Notes: generated by a model not told the origin, from the letters alone. Counted from the first letter of the stretch, positions 10,058-20,784 are shown. The stretch: DNA of 64,000 bases from an uncultured bacterium (GCA_963844965.1 CAWJQC010000006.1:32001-96000); one strand, 5' to 3'. A program made the numbers and translations.

Positions 10058-13014
10058 TCCTTAAGCGAGGGGTCTGAAGATCTGACAAGAAAGCGGAGCA
10101 TTCCCTCATACATTTGTTGCTGCTCGGAAAAACTGCCGTGAGTAAACTTGTCTGCGATTTCCTGGATATTCTTATCCTCAAAATATTTCTGGGACGCGCT
10201 GTCCAATGTGTGCGCCGCCTGAAACTTCTCCAGGCTGTTTAAATGGTCATGCCAATCGGTAAATTTACGCGCATACTCAAAATACTGGTCTATTCCCGCC
10301 TTCATATTCGGGGCGTGCGCAATCCGAGCTGCCATTTCGTCGGGAGAAATCGTTCCGACGCCGCTCGCGTGCGCCGCCTCGGCGCCGGTCGGATGCGTCA
10401 CGGGGACTTCCGCTGTCGGATGAGCGCCGACAGCCGCTCCGTGCTCCGCCAATTTTCCGACGATAAGCTGTTTATGACCCGTGGCTTTCAGAAGCCAATC
10501 CGGCACGGGCTTATGCCCCTTCACGAACGCTTTATAAAGATCCTCATTGGTGCCGAAACGCAAATTTTTGGCATAATTGACAACTTCAAAATGTCCGCCT
10601 TGTGCGTCCGGCGTGAAAATAATCTGGTCATGCGCGTGGCTCAGGCCAACTTCGTTTATGGGAACCTTTATGCCGTTTATCTCCACAGTGGAATGCGCCC
10701 AAGCGTGCCTGAACTGTTCCTCATTTAAAGCCCTGCCGACAAACGAATGCGCCGCCTTCCAAATATTTCCTCCTTTCTCAATCGTCGCGACGTTGTGCGA
10801 CTCTTTGGCCACAGCTTCAAGATGCGAAGCTAACTTTGCGCCAGTGGGAATTTCGTGCTTTACGGCTGCGGCTTCCACCGCGAGCTTCGCAGCCGCGCCC
10901 TTATGCACCGCTGCCCCCGCACGCTTTACCCCGCTGTGTTCTTTCTCCCAAGCGGACCTCAGAAAATCGTAAGTGGCGCCCAATCTTTGCTTGAGCTCCA
11001 GCTTGCCAGACAGATAATCAACGGGGTGGATCCCGGTCATATCGGCGACGTTCCTGATAGCCAAGGCGGACGCGCCGGAACCAACCACCAATCCCGCCGC
11101 CCCCGCAAACAACCACCGGCGCTGTTTCAAGCGGCGCTCTTTTTCGCGCAAAGATGCTTCGCTGGATTCAAATTCTTTCAGCATGGCCGCATCCTCGCTT
11201 TTCAAAAACTGCGCCAGTCCTTCGGCAACCTTTCCTTTTTCGATTTTTTCCATAGCCTCGCCAATCTTGGAACCAATTAGGTGCTCGAGCTCCTTGGCGA
11301 TTTTTTGCTCGTGCCCTTTCCGCATGCCCTTCTCCAGGGCTACAGCGAGAGACGCGCCGCTCATCACTCTCAACGCAGCGATGCCTGCCCCACCCGACAA
11401 CGAACCGACCGCGACAGATATCACAACCTTCTTTTTCCAATCTACCTTGCCGTACCAATTCACGAAGTCATAGATCTTTTCTCTATATTTGTGCAGTTTT
11501 TTATTTTCCTCGATCTCCAGTGCCGTCTTCGTGTCGTAAAGCTGCTTGAATTCGCCGACCAGACCGAAGGTGGTAAATTTTTTAATCTCAGCTTCTTTCT
11601 CTTCCGCGGCAAACTCTCCGGCTTTGATTTTCCCATCAGCTTCTTTTTCAAAGAAACTCAATTTGTATTCAAACTCCTGCTTGCGCGCTTCCAAATATTC
11701 TTTTTGCGCCGCTTCCAGTCCTGTTTTCAATTTTTCCGCCTCTGCCCTCTCCTCCGGTTTTTTGCTTCCTTCAAGTTTTTTAATTTTGCGGCTTAGCTCA
11801 GCGTACTTCGCGCGCTCCTCGCCTAGATTTTTCTCTAATGCTTCGTATTTTTTGCGCTCCTCGCGCTCTTCCGGCGTTTCCGGCACTTTTTCTTTTTTGG
11901 CTTTCTCCTTGTCTCCGGCTTTTTCCTTGGCCCGAACTCCTCCCTCGGTCAGAACTGGCTCTTTTTCTGCAACTATTCCTTCTGCCGGTTTGGCCTCCGT
12001 TTTTTGACCGGCTGGTTGACCACCTTCGGACATGGCAACCTTAAGTCTGGCAATCAAATCCTCTGGCCGTCCTTTTTTTACTTCATCCTCAGTTGCCACT
12101 CCCAAAGTCAACAATACATGTTCCAATTTCTTACTTATAAAAGCTGGCACACCGCCCTTGTCCGTCGCGCTCAAAATTTCTCTCGCAATTTGCTTGGCTC
12201 GTTCAGCTTCTTTATCCTCAACAACCACCTGCTTCTGTTCCTTCTTTACAACGCCAGGCGCCCCTTCCTGCGCAAGCGGAACTTCGCCGGCTTCCGTTTC
12301 CGGTCTAGCTTCGGACCTGCTCGCTAACTTTTCCCTAATTATTGCGTACAATTCGTTTGGTGATTTCCCTTGTAATTCCGTGTCGCGGAATCCATAGGCT
12401 CTGAGAATTTCCTCTGCCCGCCTCGGCTGATACGATAAACCAGTATCTATTTCCGACAAAAGGCGGCGCGCGGCTTCGTCTGCCTGCTCTTCCAATGTTT
12501 TCGCCGGCGGCAGCTCAACGGCATATAACTCAGCCGACGGTTTTTCTCCGATTTCCGTCTCCGCAACCGCTTGTTTGACCTCTGCCGGCGCGGTTTCCAC
12601 GGGTGACTTCAGCGCGGTCAAAGCTTCTTTTGAGAATTGCTCCAGCTCTGCTTCGGAGATGCTCCCCTTCTCCTGGAGTTTAGCGGCCTCCTGCATAATT
12701 TCGTCATCGCGCACGTAATAATCTTCTTCGGAGAATTCCTGCTTTCCGTAAAAAGCTTCTGGAGCTCGTTGCGCTGGGAGCGAAGATCTTAACAATTCTG
12801 ATTTCTTCTCGGCTGGCGTAGGCACCACCTCCTGTGCCCGTTCCGTTTCCGACATCACAACTTTTCCGACGCTTTCCGGCACTGGAGCTTCCGCGGCAGG
12901 TTGTGCCGACTCGGCTCCCAAATCTAAATCAAGAATCTTATCGATTCTCTTGGGTCCTTCGGAGGTCGAGACGGCTTTTTTCTTCGCATGTCCCTCACCA
13001 AAAAGTTTTGCCAC
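9988..13014 (-). CDS. Large hypothetical coiled-coil/membrane protein (1008 aa), probably continuing into 9074..10057
   Basis: Long K/E-rich coiled-coil stretches and central hydrophobic helices 'VVISVAVGSLSGGAGIAAL'. The C-terminal 'HGSFSEQQQ' motif is repeated as 'HASFSEQSQ' in the next ORF, and the two ORFs overlap by 70 nt in different frames. Confidence 0.65.
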   Translation of the reverse strand: MAKLFGEGHAKKKAVSTSEGPKRIDKILDLDLGAESAQPAAEAPVPESVGKVVMSETERAQEVVPTPAEKKSELLRSSLPAQRAPEAFYGKQEFSEEDYYVRDDEIMQEAAKLQEKGSISEAELEQFSKEALTALKSPVETAPAEVKQAVAETEIGEKPSAELYAVELPPAKTLEEQADEAARRLLSEIDTGLSYQPRRAEEILRAYGFRDTELQGKSPNELYAIIREKLASRSEARPETEAGEVPLAQEGAPGVVKKEQKQVVVEDKEAERAKQIAREILSATDKGGVPAFISKKLEHVLLTLGVATEDEVKKGRPEDLIARLKVAMSEGGQPAGQKTEAKPAEGIVAEKEPVLTEGGVRAKEKAGDKEKAKKEKVPETPEEREERKKYEALEKNLGEERAKYAELSRKIKKLEGSKKPEERAEAEKLKTGLEAAQKEYLEARKQEFEYKLSFFEKEADGKIKAGEFAAEEKEAEIKKFTTFGLVGEFKQLYDTKTALEIEENKKLHKYREKIYDFVNWYGKVDWKKKVVISVAVGSLSGGAGIAALRVMSGASLAVALEKGMRKGHEQKIAKELEHLIGSKIGEAMEKIEKGKVAEGLAQFLKSEDAAMLKEFESSEASLREKERRLKQRRWLFAGAAGLVVGSGASALAIRNVADMTGIHPVDYLSGKLELKQRLGATYDFLRSAWEKEHSGVKRAGAAVHKGAAAKLAVEAAAVKHEIPTGAKLASHLEAVAKESHNVATIEKGGNIWKAAHSFVGRALNEEQFRHAWAHSTVEINGIKVPINEVGLSHAHDQIIFTPDAQGGHFEVVNYAKNLRFGTNEDLYKAFVKGHKPVPDWLLKATGHKQLIVGKLAEHGAAVGAHPTAEVPVTHPTGAEAAHASGVGTISPDEMAARIAHAPNMKAGIDQYFEYARKFTDWHDHLNSLEKFQAAHTLDSASQKYFEDKNIQEIADKFTHGSFSEQQQMYEGMLRFLVRSSDPSLKDWCSHLIGNFAKDPVVRRSCVYV

Positions 13015-13054
13015 GGCGGCTCCGCCTTTTTAGCCGCAGCTCCCGTCTTCTCAA

Positions 13055-13336
13055 TTAATCTGGCGCCGCTGCCTTTCGCCCGCCTCGCAAATTCAGCGAT
13101 TTGACTTTGCGTCGCGCCGGCATCCTCAGCCGCTGCCCTAACTTCAGTCGCACCATCTTTTGCTTTTTCTCCTGATCCGGAGTAGCCTCCCTGATTCTCC
13201 TTTCAACATCACTAAGAAACTTTTCCAGTCGGCTTTCTTCCTCCAAGGTTTCGGGAGGGCGGGTGCCGCCCGCCTCGGCGGTCCCCGCTTCGTGCTTTCC
13301 TATATTGACTTTAGGTAGAAGAGGTTTTTCTTTCAT
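13055..13336 (-). CDS. Hypothetical 93 aa protein
   Basis: ORF whose ATG overlaps the TGA of the upstream small ORF (ATGA). Confidence 0.4.
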   Translation of the reverse strand: MKEKPLLPKVNIGKHEAGTAEAGGTRPPETLEEESRLEKFLSDVERRIREATPDQEKKQKMVRLKLGQRLRMPARRKVKSLNLRGGRKAAAPD

Positions 13337-13503
13337 TGAATGTTATGCGCCTTTATGCGACGCTTTATATTCTGAAGCTTAAGCTCTTTTATTTCCTCCA
13401 ATATGTCATCAATCTCCTTTTTGTGCTCCTTTTTTAGGGCATCCACTTCCTTTATGAATTCATCAAGTATTTTCTTCAGAGTCGCCAATTTATTATCAGG
13501 CAT
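13333..13503 (-). CDS. Small coiled-coil protein (56 aa, MPDNKLATLKKILDEF...)
   Basis: Not in the ORF track because it is under 60 aa. It is a clean K/E heptad-like ORF translationally coupled (ATGA) to the next gene. Confidence 0.4.
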   Translation of the reverse strand: MPDNKLATLKKILDEFIKEVDALKKEHKKEIDDILEEIKELKLQNIKRRIKAHNIQ

Positions 13504-13765
13504 TGTATGTTAATTATAGCAAATAATAAGGCGAATCTTATGTTTCAATTTATGCTTCAATTATAGCAATTATCCATCAGAATGTCAAGTTCGGCTGGTA
13601 ACACGCGCCAGCCATCTGAAAATCGTTCAAATCATCGCAGATTGTTGTCGTAATTCAATTTTGCCCGCCGAACAAACTCCGCAATGTAAAAACCGCACTT
13701 ATCGGCGGGCGCTAAAGAGAAAATATTTACTTACCGACGGATGTGGAGGTAAAATATAAGTATCA

Positions 13766-15948
13766 ATGGCAAAAAGAAACGGCAAAAAGGAACGTAAAGA
13801 AAAAAACAATAGAAATGACGCGCGGCGCGAACCGCCGCGCGAAGAACGGCTCCATCCCGACACGAAAAAAAGCATCTGGGCGATAACTTTTTTGGGTCTC
13901 GCTGTTATTTTCACCCTGGCCGCCTTCGCTAAAGCGGGACCTTTCGGCGACTTTCTGCACGGAATATTCGCAACGCTTTTCGGAGCCGGCTACTTCATGC
14001 TGCCCCTCGGCCTCACACTCGCCGCGGCCATCCTGCTCCTCACAGAAAGGCAAAGGGTCGTTGGCATTACAACGCTCGGCGCCGCGCTTATAGTTTGCTC
14101 GGCGCTCGGGCTCATAGAACTTGCCTCCGCCGGCAAGGGCGGCTGGCTCGGCCTCGTTTTCGGCTCTCTTAGATTGCCGTTCGGGACAACGGCGGCCGTG
14201 GTATTGAACATCGCGATTCTTGTAATCGGCATCCTCATTACCGTCAATATCCCACTCAAGCTCAGAAGACAGAGGAAAGATCTGGCCGCTGGCGAGGAAG
14301 GGAAAACGCTCGTGGTCACCGGCGAAGAGGCGGATGAACGACAAGAGACAGGCGGCAAAGGACAAGGGACAAGTGGCGAAAAGACAAAGGATGCGGAAAC
14401 CGAAAGAAACGCAAGTAAAGCCGAGATCGTTGAAAACGCCGCGCTCGCCGTGGAACCGAAAAAGGTCAGTCCGCCAAAATTCGCGGACTACATCCCGCCG
14501 CCACTCTCGCTCCTCAAATCCACCGGCGAGAAACCGACGACCGGCGACCTTCTCGCGAACGCCAACGTAATCAAGCGCACGCTTGATTCTTTCGGCATCG
14601 CGGTGGAAATGGGCGAAATAAACGTGGGGCCGGCCGTGACACGCTACACACTGAAACCGGCGGAGGGAATGAAGCTCTCGCGCATTGAGGCGTTGCACAA
14701 TGATCTGGCGCTGGCCTTGGCCGCGCACCCGATAAGAATAGAGGCGCCGATTCCTGGAAAATCTTTGGTTGGGATTGAAGTGCCGAACAAAGCCGCCGCG
14801 CTCGTGCGGCTCGGCAGTTTAATGACCTATCCGGAATTCCAAAAATCCGGTCCCTTGGGCTTCGTCCTCGGCCGCGACGTCTCCGGCAATCCGGTCTTCG
14901 CCGATATAGAAAAGATGCCGCACATGCTCGTCGCCGGCGCGACCGGTTCGGGAAAATCCATTCTGATACATTCGCTTCTTGTATCGCTTTTGTACAAAAA
15001 CTCACCCGCCACGCTTAAACTCATCCTCATAGACCCGAAACGCGTTGAACTTTCGGTTTACGACCATATACCGCATTTAGTGGGTCCCGTAATCATGGAA
15101 AGCAAAAAGGCGCTTGGCGTTTTCCGCTGGGCAATAAACGAAATGGAACGGAGATATGACCTACTTCTCCATGCCGGCAGCCGCGACATCAAAAGCTACA
15201 ACCAAAACGGCGGTAAGGACGAACCGCTCCCCTACCTTCTTATAGTCATAGACGAACTCGCGGATATGATGGCTTCATACGGCCGCGAAGTTGAGGGCTC
15301 AATCGTGCGTTTGGCACAGATGGCGCGGGCGACGGGCTTCATCTCATACTCTCAACGCAAAGGCCGTCGGTTGAAGTTATCACGGGGCTCATCAAGGCGA
15401 ACATCACGTCCCGCGCGGCGCTGCAGGTCGCAAGCCAAGTTGACTCACGGACAATATTGGATATGGGCGGCGCGGAAAAACTTCTGGGCCACGGCGACTT
15501 GCTTTATGTTTCTTCGGAACTTTCAAAACCCAAGAGAATCCAGGGCTCTTACATCACGGAGGAAGAGATAAATAAGGTGGCGGACTTCATACGCGACAAC
15601 AACATCCCGGACATAACCGGAATGACCAGCTTCGCGCCTGCCGCGGATTCGGAGCCAGACGAGAAAGGCGGGGGCGGAATGTTTGATGAATACCTTGAAG
15701 ATGAGGATGACGAACTGTATGATGAGGCGGTTGAAGTCGTGCGCGAGGCGAAAAAAGCATCGGCTTCGCTCCTCCAGCGGCGGCTCAAGGTCGGCTATGC
15801 CCGGGCCGCGCGGCTTCTGGACATTATGGAGGGGCGCGGCATTATCGGGCCGGGCGAAGGCGCGAAACCACGGGATGTTTATTTAGAAAAAATACCTGGA
15901 GGCCATGACGCCACCGGCTACGGAAACGAAGCCGGCGAAGAAGAATGA
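13766..15948 (+). CDS. ftsK: DNA translocase FtsK/SpoIIIE, split by one frameshift near 15334-15340
   Basis: N-terminal TM helices, Walker A 'GATGSGKS', and 'RLAQMARATG' are present. After 'acgggcttc' the canonical 'HLILSTQRPSVEVITGLIKANI...LDMGGAEKLLGHGDLLY' and gamma domain continue in another frame (ORF 15457..15948). The likely cause is a g deleted from a G-run. Confidence 0.85.
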
Positions 15949-16081
15949 AAGGTGTCACAATGAATCCCGTTAGAAGCCGCGATCGCTAAATGCAATATAT
16001 CAATTTTTATAGAATGGATAATTGTTTCCGTAAGTTAATAAATTCTTGTGGGTCGCTGATCGCGAATCTGCTTCTAACGGG

Positions 16082-16771
16082 ATGAACCCCGAAGATAACT
16101 TGGAAAATCTCGATTTTGCGCAATTTTTGCGCGGGCGACTAAAAGAACGTGGATTCAATCTGAAAAAACTTTCGGAAGTTTCCGGTGTCTCCGCAAAGCA
16201 TCTGGAAGCGCTCGCATCCGGCAATTTCCAGCATCTTCCTTCAGCCCCCTACTTCCGCGGATATGTAGCGCGCCTCGGGCAAATTCTGGATTTTGACGGC
16301 GAGTTCTGGTGGAAAAAACTGAGGGAGGCCGAATCGGTAAAGAGTTCGGAAAAAAGCGACGAGCCGTCCGAAAACAGATTCGTGCGCGCGAAGAACAAAA
16401 AAATCGCGGCGTGGATCGCTGCCGCGGCGCTGATGATAATTTTATTTTTCGGATTCGGGCTCGCGAGAATATCCGGCAAGCCAGTCATAAAAATCACAAG
16501 TCCTTCGGGAAATCCGGCAATCGTGGACACCGCTCAAATTGACATCACGGGTACCCTGAAAAACGCGAGCGAACTTTACGTGAACGGCGAACTCGTAAAT
16601 CCGAGCCCGGACGGCTCATGGACCAAAACTGTTCTCTTGGGCGCCGGCGCCAATTCGTTTGAAATCCTCGCCAAAAAATTCCTCGGCGGCGAAACGAAGA
16701 TCGTAGAGCAGATCATTTATGAACCGCCGGCCACAACAACGACTTCAACCGTTGGCTTGAATCTGAGATAG
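16082..16771 (+). CDS. RodZ-like protein (XRE-type HTH, TM helix, C-terminal domain)
   Basis: HTH 'LKKLSEVSGVSAKHLEALASG' followed by a single TM helix 'IAAWIAAAALMIILFFGFGL'. Start chosen at MNPEDN (16082). Confidence 0.55.
   Translation: MNPEDNLENLDFAQFLRGRLKERGFNLKKLSEVSGVSAKHLEALASGNFQHLPSAPYFRGYVARLGQILDFDGEFWWKKLREAESVKSSEKSDEPSENRFVRAKNKKIAAWIAAAALMIILFFGFGLARISGKPVIKITSPSGNPAIVDTAQIDITGTLKNASELYVNGELVNPSPDGSWTKTVLLGAGANSFEILAKKFLGGETKIVEQIIYEPPATTTTSTVGLNLR
16651..16732 (+). repeat. Direct repeat copy 1 (3' end of the RodZ-like gene)
   Basis: Core 16673-16727 'aaaaaattcctcggcggcgaaacgaagatcgtagagcagatcatttatgaacc' recurs at 18576-18630 with about six mismatches. Confidence 0.7.
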
Positions 16772-16796
16772 ACAGCAAATGTGCTAATATAAAATA

Positions 16797-18530
16797 ATGA
16801 AACAGGCGGGGCAACTATTAATATTTTCCATTTTACTACTTTTGGCGGTAGGAAGTTTCGCGCGCGCGCAATCCGCGGACACCATCCCCCCGTCGGTTCC
16901 GACCGGCGTTACCGCGACCGTTCTTCCCGGCTTGCAAGTTCAGGTTTCCTGGACCGCATCAACTGACAATGTCGGCGTCGCCGGGTATTACGTTTACCGG
17001 AACGGCATGCTCATCGGCAGTACCTCAGATCTGACGTTCACCGATAAGGTGCCGTTTCAGGGATTATATTCCTACACCGTTTCCGCTTATGACGCGGCCG
17101 GGAATCTGTCGCCAAACCAATCACTTCCTTCCAGCATCGTAACAGTTGCGAGCGATACGACGCCTCCTTCCGTTCCCGCCAGCCTCGCGGTAACAACGAT
17201 AACCAGTTCATCCATCACCATTTCCTGGGCCGCGTCAACGGATAATGTCGGCGTCGCCGGATATTACGTTTACCGGAACGGCAGCCGGCTCGTCATCTCC
17301 ACATCAAGCGCCCTCACAGCGACAACCTATACCGACTCCGGACTCACTTGGGGCACCACCTACATCTATACCGTCGCCGCTTACGACGCATCGGGAAATA
17401 TTTCCAGTCAGTCAAGTCCGGTCACCGCGACCACAATATCCGACATCTATCCCCCCTCAACCCCGTTCCTTCTCTCAGCCACCACAAAATCGTCCGGCGA
17501 AATTGATATCACCTGGAGTCCTTCAACCGACAATGTCGGTGTGGCGGGATACTATATATACCGAGGCGGAAGTCAGATTGCGGCCGTTTCATCCACCCCA
17601 CTCGCCTACAAAGATACAGGCCTTTCCGCCGGAACCGATTATTCCTATTATATTGCCGCCTACGACGCAGCGGGAAATATTTCTCTGGACAGCAATTCGC
17701 TGGACACGACGACATTTCCTCCGGACACTATACCGCCATCAATGCCGGACGGCTTCACGGCCAAGGCCGTTTCCGCGTCGCAAATTCAGTTGAGCTGGAT
17801 GCCAGCATCGGACAACGTCGGCGTCGCCGGATATCATCTTTATAGAAGCGGCGGCCAACTCCCCAATTCCACCACCACTTTCAGCAGCAACAGCCAAATT
17901 TTAGACACCACATCCACTTCCTACATGGATACCGGCCTCGCTTCCGATACAATATACGTCTACGCGGTAGAGGCCTACGATGCAGCAGGAAATCTTTCGC
18001 CGCAATCCACCGTCACCGCGACGACACTTTCGTCTGGAACGATTGCCCCCACGACTACGTCGCCCGCTGTTACGAGCAATCCCACCGCCGTGAATCCACC
18101 AGCGACAACGGCTCCGACCGTCACGGCCACGGCACCCGCAAATAATGCCGCCGTTTTTACAACAACTTTATATATTGGACTGCGCAGCGATGAAGTGAAA
18201 ACTTTGCAGTCATTTTTAATACAGGAAGGTTATCTCGCGGCGGGAAATGACACGGGATTTTTCGGACAACTGACCCAGAGCGCGGTTCAGAAATTCCAGT
18301 GCGACCAGAACATTGTTTGCTCCGGCGATCCGCAGAGCACCGGCTGGGGATTGGTCGGCGCAAAAACGAGAAGCGCACTGAACGCGCTCTATTCCGCTCC
18401 CACTTCCGCGCAAGCGCCCGCCGCGAGCGGCGGCGCTCCATCAGTGGCACAGCTGCAGGCGCAAATTCAATCGCTTGAAGCGCTATTGCAATCGCTTGAA
18501 GCACAACTCAACAACCAAAACGCGAAATAG
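16797..18530 (+). CDS. Secreted protein with four FN3 domains, a peptidoglycan-binding domain and a coiled-coil tail (577 aa)
   Basis: Signal peptide. The 'W.ASTDNVGVAGYY.YR.G' FN3 module occurs four times. PG_binding_1-like 'LQSFLIQEGYLA...GFFGQLTQSAVQKFQ'. C-terminal 'QLQAQIQSLEALLQSLEAQL'. Confidence 0.8.
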   Translation: MKQAGQLLIFSILLLLAVGSFARAQSADTIPPSVPTGVTATVLPGLQVQVSWTASTDNVGVAGYYVYRNGMLIGSTSDLTFTDKVPFQGLYSYTVSAYDAAGNLSPNQSLPSSIVTVASDTTPPSVPASLAVTTITSSSITISWAASTDNVGVAGYYVYRNGSRLVISTSSALTATTYTDSGLTWGTTYIYTVAAYDASGNISSQSSPVTATTISDIYPPSTPFLLSATTKSSGEIDITWSPSTDNVGVAGYYIYRGGSQIAAVSSTPLAYKDTGLSAGTDYSYYIAAYDAAGNISLDSNSLDTTTFPPDTIPPSMPDGFTAKAVSASQIQLSWMPASDNVGVAGYHLYRSGGQLPNSTTTFSSNSQILDTTSTSYMDTGLASDTIYVYAVEAYDAAGNLSPQSTVTATTLSSGTIAPTTTSPAVTSNPTAVNPPATTAPTVTATAPANNAAVFTTTLYIGLRSDEVKTLQSFLIQEGYLAAGNDTGFFGQLTQSAVQKFQCDQNIVCSGDPQSTGWGLVGAKTRSALNALYSAPTSAQAPAASGGAPSVAQLQAQIQSLEALLQSLEAQLNNQNAK

Positions 18531-18552
18531 CAGGAGTTTCTCGGCTCAAACG

Positions 18553-18635
18553 CAAATTCCCTTGAGATCGGCGCGAAAAAATTCCTCGGCGGCGAAACGA
18601 AAATCATTGAGCAGATTATTTGCGAACCAACGGCG
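18553..18635 (+). repeat. Direct repeat copy 2 (non-coding duplicate of the RodZ-like 3' end)
   Basis: '...gcgaaaaaattcctcggcggcgaaacgaaaatcattgagcagattatttgcgaacc' lies directly after the FN3 gene stop. Confidence 0.7.
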
Positions 18636-18714
18636 ACATCTGCCACACCTTTCGGCCAAAATCCATAACCGCATAATTGTTTGAGAGGGTCGCGGAAGGA
18701 ATGAAAAACTGCCG

Positions 18715-19101
18715 TTACTGCGCGGCAGTTCCTTCTTCGGGGTTTCTGTGTGTCAACTTTTCGCCACACTCTTCGCATTTAAACCAATCGCTACACTTGC
18801 TACCATCCCATTCCAATCCCGGAACTATTATCCCGGAGCGGATTGCCCGCGGGGGGTCGTCGTTGCGTTGGCCAAAATGAACATGGGGTGTTTCTTTTTG
18901 GCACTTGCGGCAAAACAAAACTATAGTCATTTCGGATTTTGGGTCGCCGCCGACCGTCACCGTCTTCGCGTCTATCCTATTCCCGCGGCCTAAGCCACCT
19001 TTCATATATTGGGGCCATTCATCAACTTGCGCAGCAGTGATTTTCGCAAAATTCCAGAAACCTCTCTCTTTTTCATTTTCAAGACTCCTTCTCGTTCCCA
19101 T
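18715..19101 (-). CDS. Hypothetical Zn-ribbon-like protein (128 aa)
   Basis: Paired Cys motifs 'CRKCQKETPH' and 'CEECGEK'. Confidence 0.4.
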   Translation of the reverse strand: MGTRRSLENEKERGFWNFAKITAAQVDEWPQYMKGGLGRGNRIDAKTVTVGGDPKSEMTIVLFCRKCQKETPHVHFGQRNDDPPRAIRSGIIVPGLEWDGSKCSDWFKCEECGEKLTHRNPEEGTAAQ

Positions 19102-19329
19102 TTTGCTACCCCCTTTTCAGACAGATAAATTAACTTCTATTACTGTACACCTATTCAAAGACTTCATCAAGCTGTTGTACGCTGGATTCAAACTCCCACT
19201 TCGTTTGACAACCAAAACCATTGTTGTAAACTCAATACCATATAAATTAAATAAGCTTTTAGGTTTTAGCTGTTAGCTTTTAGGAAAAACCCGAAGGGCA
19301 ACTCAAAGCTAAAAGCTCAATAAATACAC

Positions 19330-20432
19330 ATGGTTCAAGCCGCCGCTCCAAAAAAATCCAAAGAAGGTACGCCGCAAAGTAAAGAAGAAAATCAAAAGCA
19401 GCTAGATAATCTTCTCTCTTCGCTCCAGGAAAAATACGGCGAAGGAGCGATTATGAAATTGGGCGAAGCGCGCAAAGTTGACGTGGCGGTCGTGCCAACC
19501 GGCTCGTTTTCGCTGGATATGGCGCTTGGCGTCGGCGGCTTGCCTCGCGGGAGAATTATTGAAATCTTCGGGCCGGAGATGAGCGGGAAAACCACACTCG
19601 CCTTGAATGTCGTCGCGCAGGCGCAAAAACAAGGCGGTAAAGCGGCTTTCATTGACGCCGAGCATGCCCTGGACCCGGAATATGCCGCTAAGCTCGGCGT
19701 GAAAGTCAATGAACTTTTGATATCGCAACCCGACAACGGCGAAGAAGCGCTGAATATTCTGGAAAGCCTGGTCAGGTCGGAGATGATTTCCGTTGTTGTC
19801 GTGGACTCCGTCGCCGCGCTCACGCCAAAAGCGGAACTTGAAGGAGAGATGGGCGAACAACATGTCGGGCGGCAGGCAAGGATGATGGGCCAAGCCATCA
19901 GAAAGCTGACAGCAATCGCCGCGAAGACGCAAACGATGGTGATTTTTATAAACCAGCTGAGGATGAAAATAGGGATAATGTTCGGCAATCCCGAAACGAC
20001 GCCGGGGGGGATGGCCTTGAAGTTCGCCGCCTCCGTCCGCATTGACGTCCGCCGCATGGCCCAGGTCAAAAAAGGAGAAGAGGTTGTCGGCAACCGCGTC
20101 AAGGCAAAAGTCGTTAAAAACAAAGTCGCGCCGCCGTTCAAGCTCGCGGAGTTTGACATTATGTTCAGCGAAGGAATTTCCTATGAAGCCGATGTGCTGA
20201 ACGCCGGGATAAGATACGGAGTCATCAAAAAATCCGGCGCGAGTTACGGCTTTTCCGCCCAAGGCGGATCCGCCTCTGGCGGAGAGACGATAAAATTGGG
20301 CACGGCTTTGATAATGTCCGCCTGAAGCTGAAAGAGGACAAGAAATTACTGAACGAGATCAAAAAGAAAGTGACGGAGACAGCGAAAACAGGAGTGATAG
20401 CGGCGAAGAGCGAAAAGGGAGAGGAAGAATAA
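19330..20432 (+). CDS. recA: RecA recombinase carrying a 30 bp palindromic in-frame insertion plus a frame change near its C-terminus
   Basis: Walker A '[10 protein letters not shown]' and the L2-region motif '[25 protein letters not shown]' are present. After 'KKSGASYGF' comes the insert '[10 protein letters not shown]'. The acidic C-terminus '[29 protein letters not shown]...EKGEEE*' is then in another frame, ending at 20430-20432. Confidence 0.85.
20254..20283. repeat. Coding-palindrome element copy E1 (in recA)
   Basis: tccgcccaaggcggatccgcctctggcgga, with 13 bp inverted ends 'tccgcc.a.ggcg' and 'cgcct.tggcgga'. It contains GGATCC. Confidence 0.8.
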
Positions 20433-20517
20433 CGCAACCGATAGAAAACAAAAAGAGGCGCAAAAGCGCCTCTTTAGTTTTTATATATCCAGTTCATAAA
20501 TTCTGGCGAAATCGGAA

Positions 20518-20784
20518 CTAATGCAAAAAGTGGTACGGGTATGCATCAGTGGCCGACGTCGGTTTCCTAACCGGCCTCGGATAATAATGTCCGAAGTACC
20601 AACCACCGCGATAGCGATATGTACGAACGTGGTCGTCAGGATGCGCACGCTTGAATGCAATCATCGCCGTAACCGCTTCGGTTTGCGTTTTGTATCGTTC
20701 TTTTCCGTCACATGCGTTTCTTCTAAGCCTGCGCTTGCTGGCCACAACCCCCTCCTTCCTTAGAGAATCAACGTACCGCGACAC
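20518..20784 (-). CDS. Hypothetical small basic protein (88 aa)
   Basis: ORF only. Confidence 0.35.
   Translation of the reverse strand: MSRYVDSLRKEGVVASKRRLRRNACDGKERYKTQTEAVTAMIAFKRAHPDDHVRTYRYRGGWYFGHYYPRPVRKPTSATDAYPYHFLH

Noticed and set aside
14101-14160. 'tccgccggcaagggcggctgg' in ftsK as a fourth coding-palindrome copy
   Set aside because: It is not palindromic and lacks the 13-bp inverted termini. 'GKGGW' is a plausible native FtsK membrane-domain Gly motif.
13763-15030. Minus-strand ORFs 13763..14728, 13990..14358, 14571..15005 and 14827..15030
   Set aside because: They are antisense to ftsK, and their Arg/Pro/Ala-rich composition is typical of shadow ORFs.
19392-20262. Minus-strand ORFs 19392..20159 and 19402..20262
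   Set aside because: They are antisense to recA.
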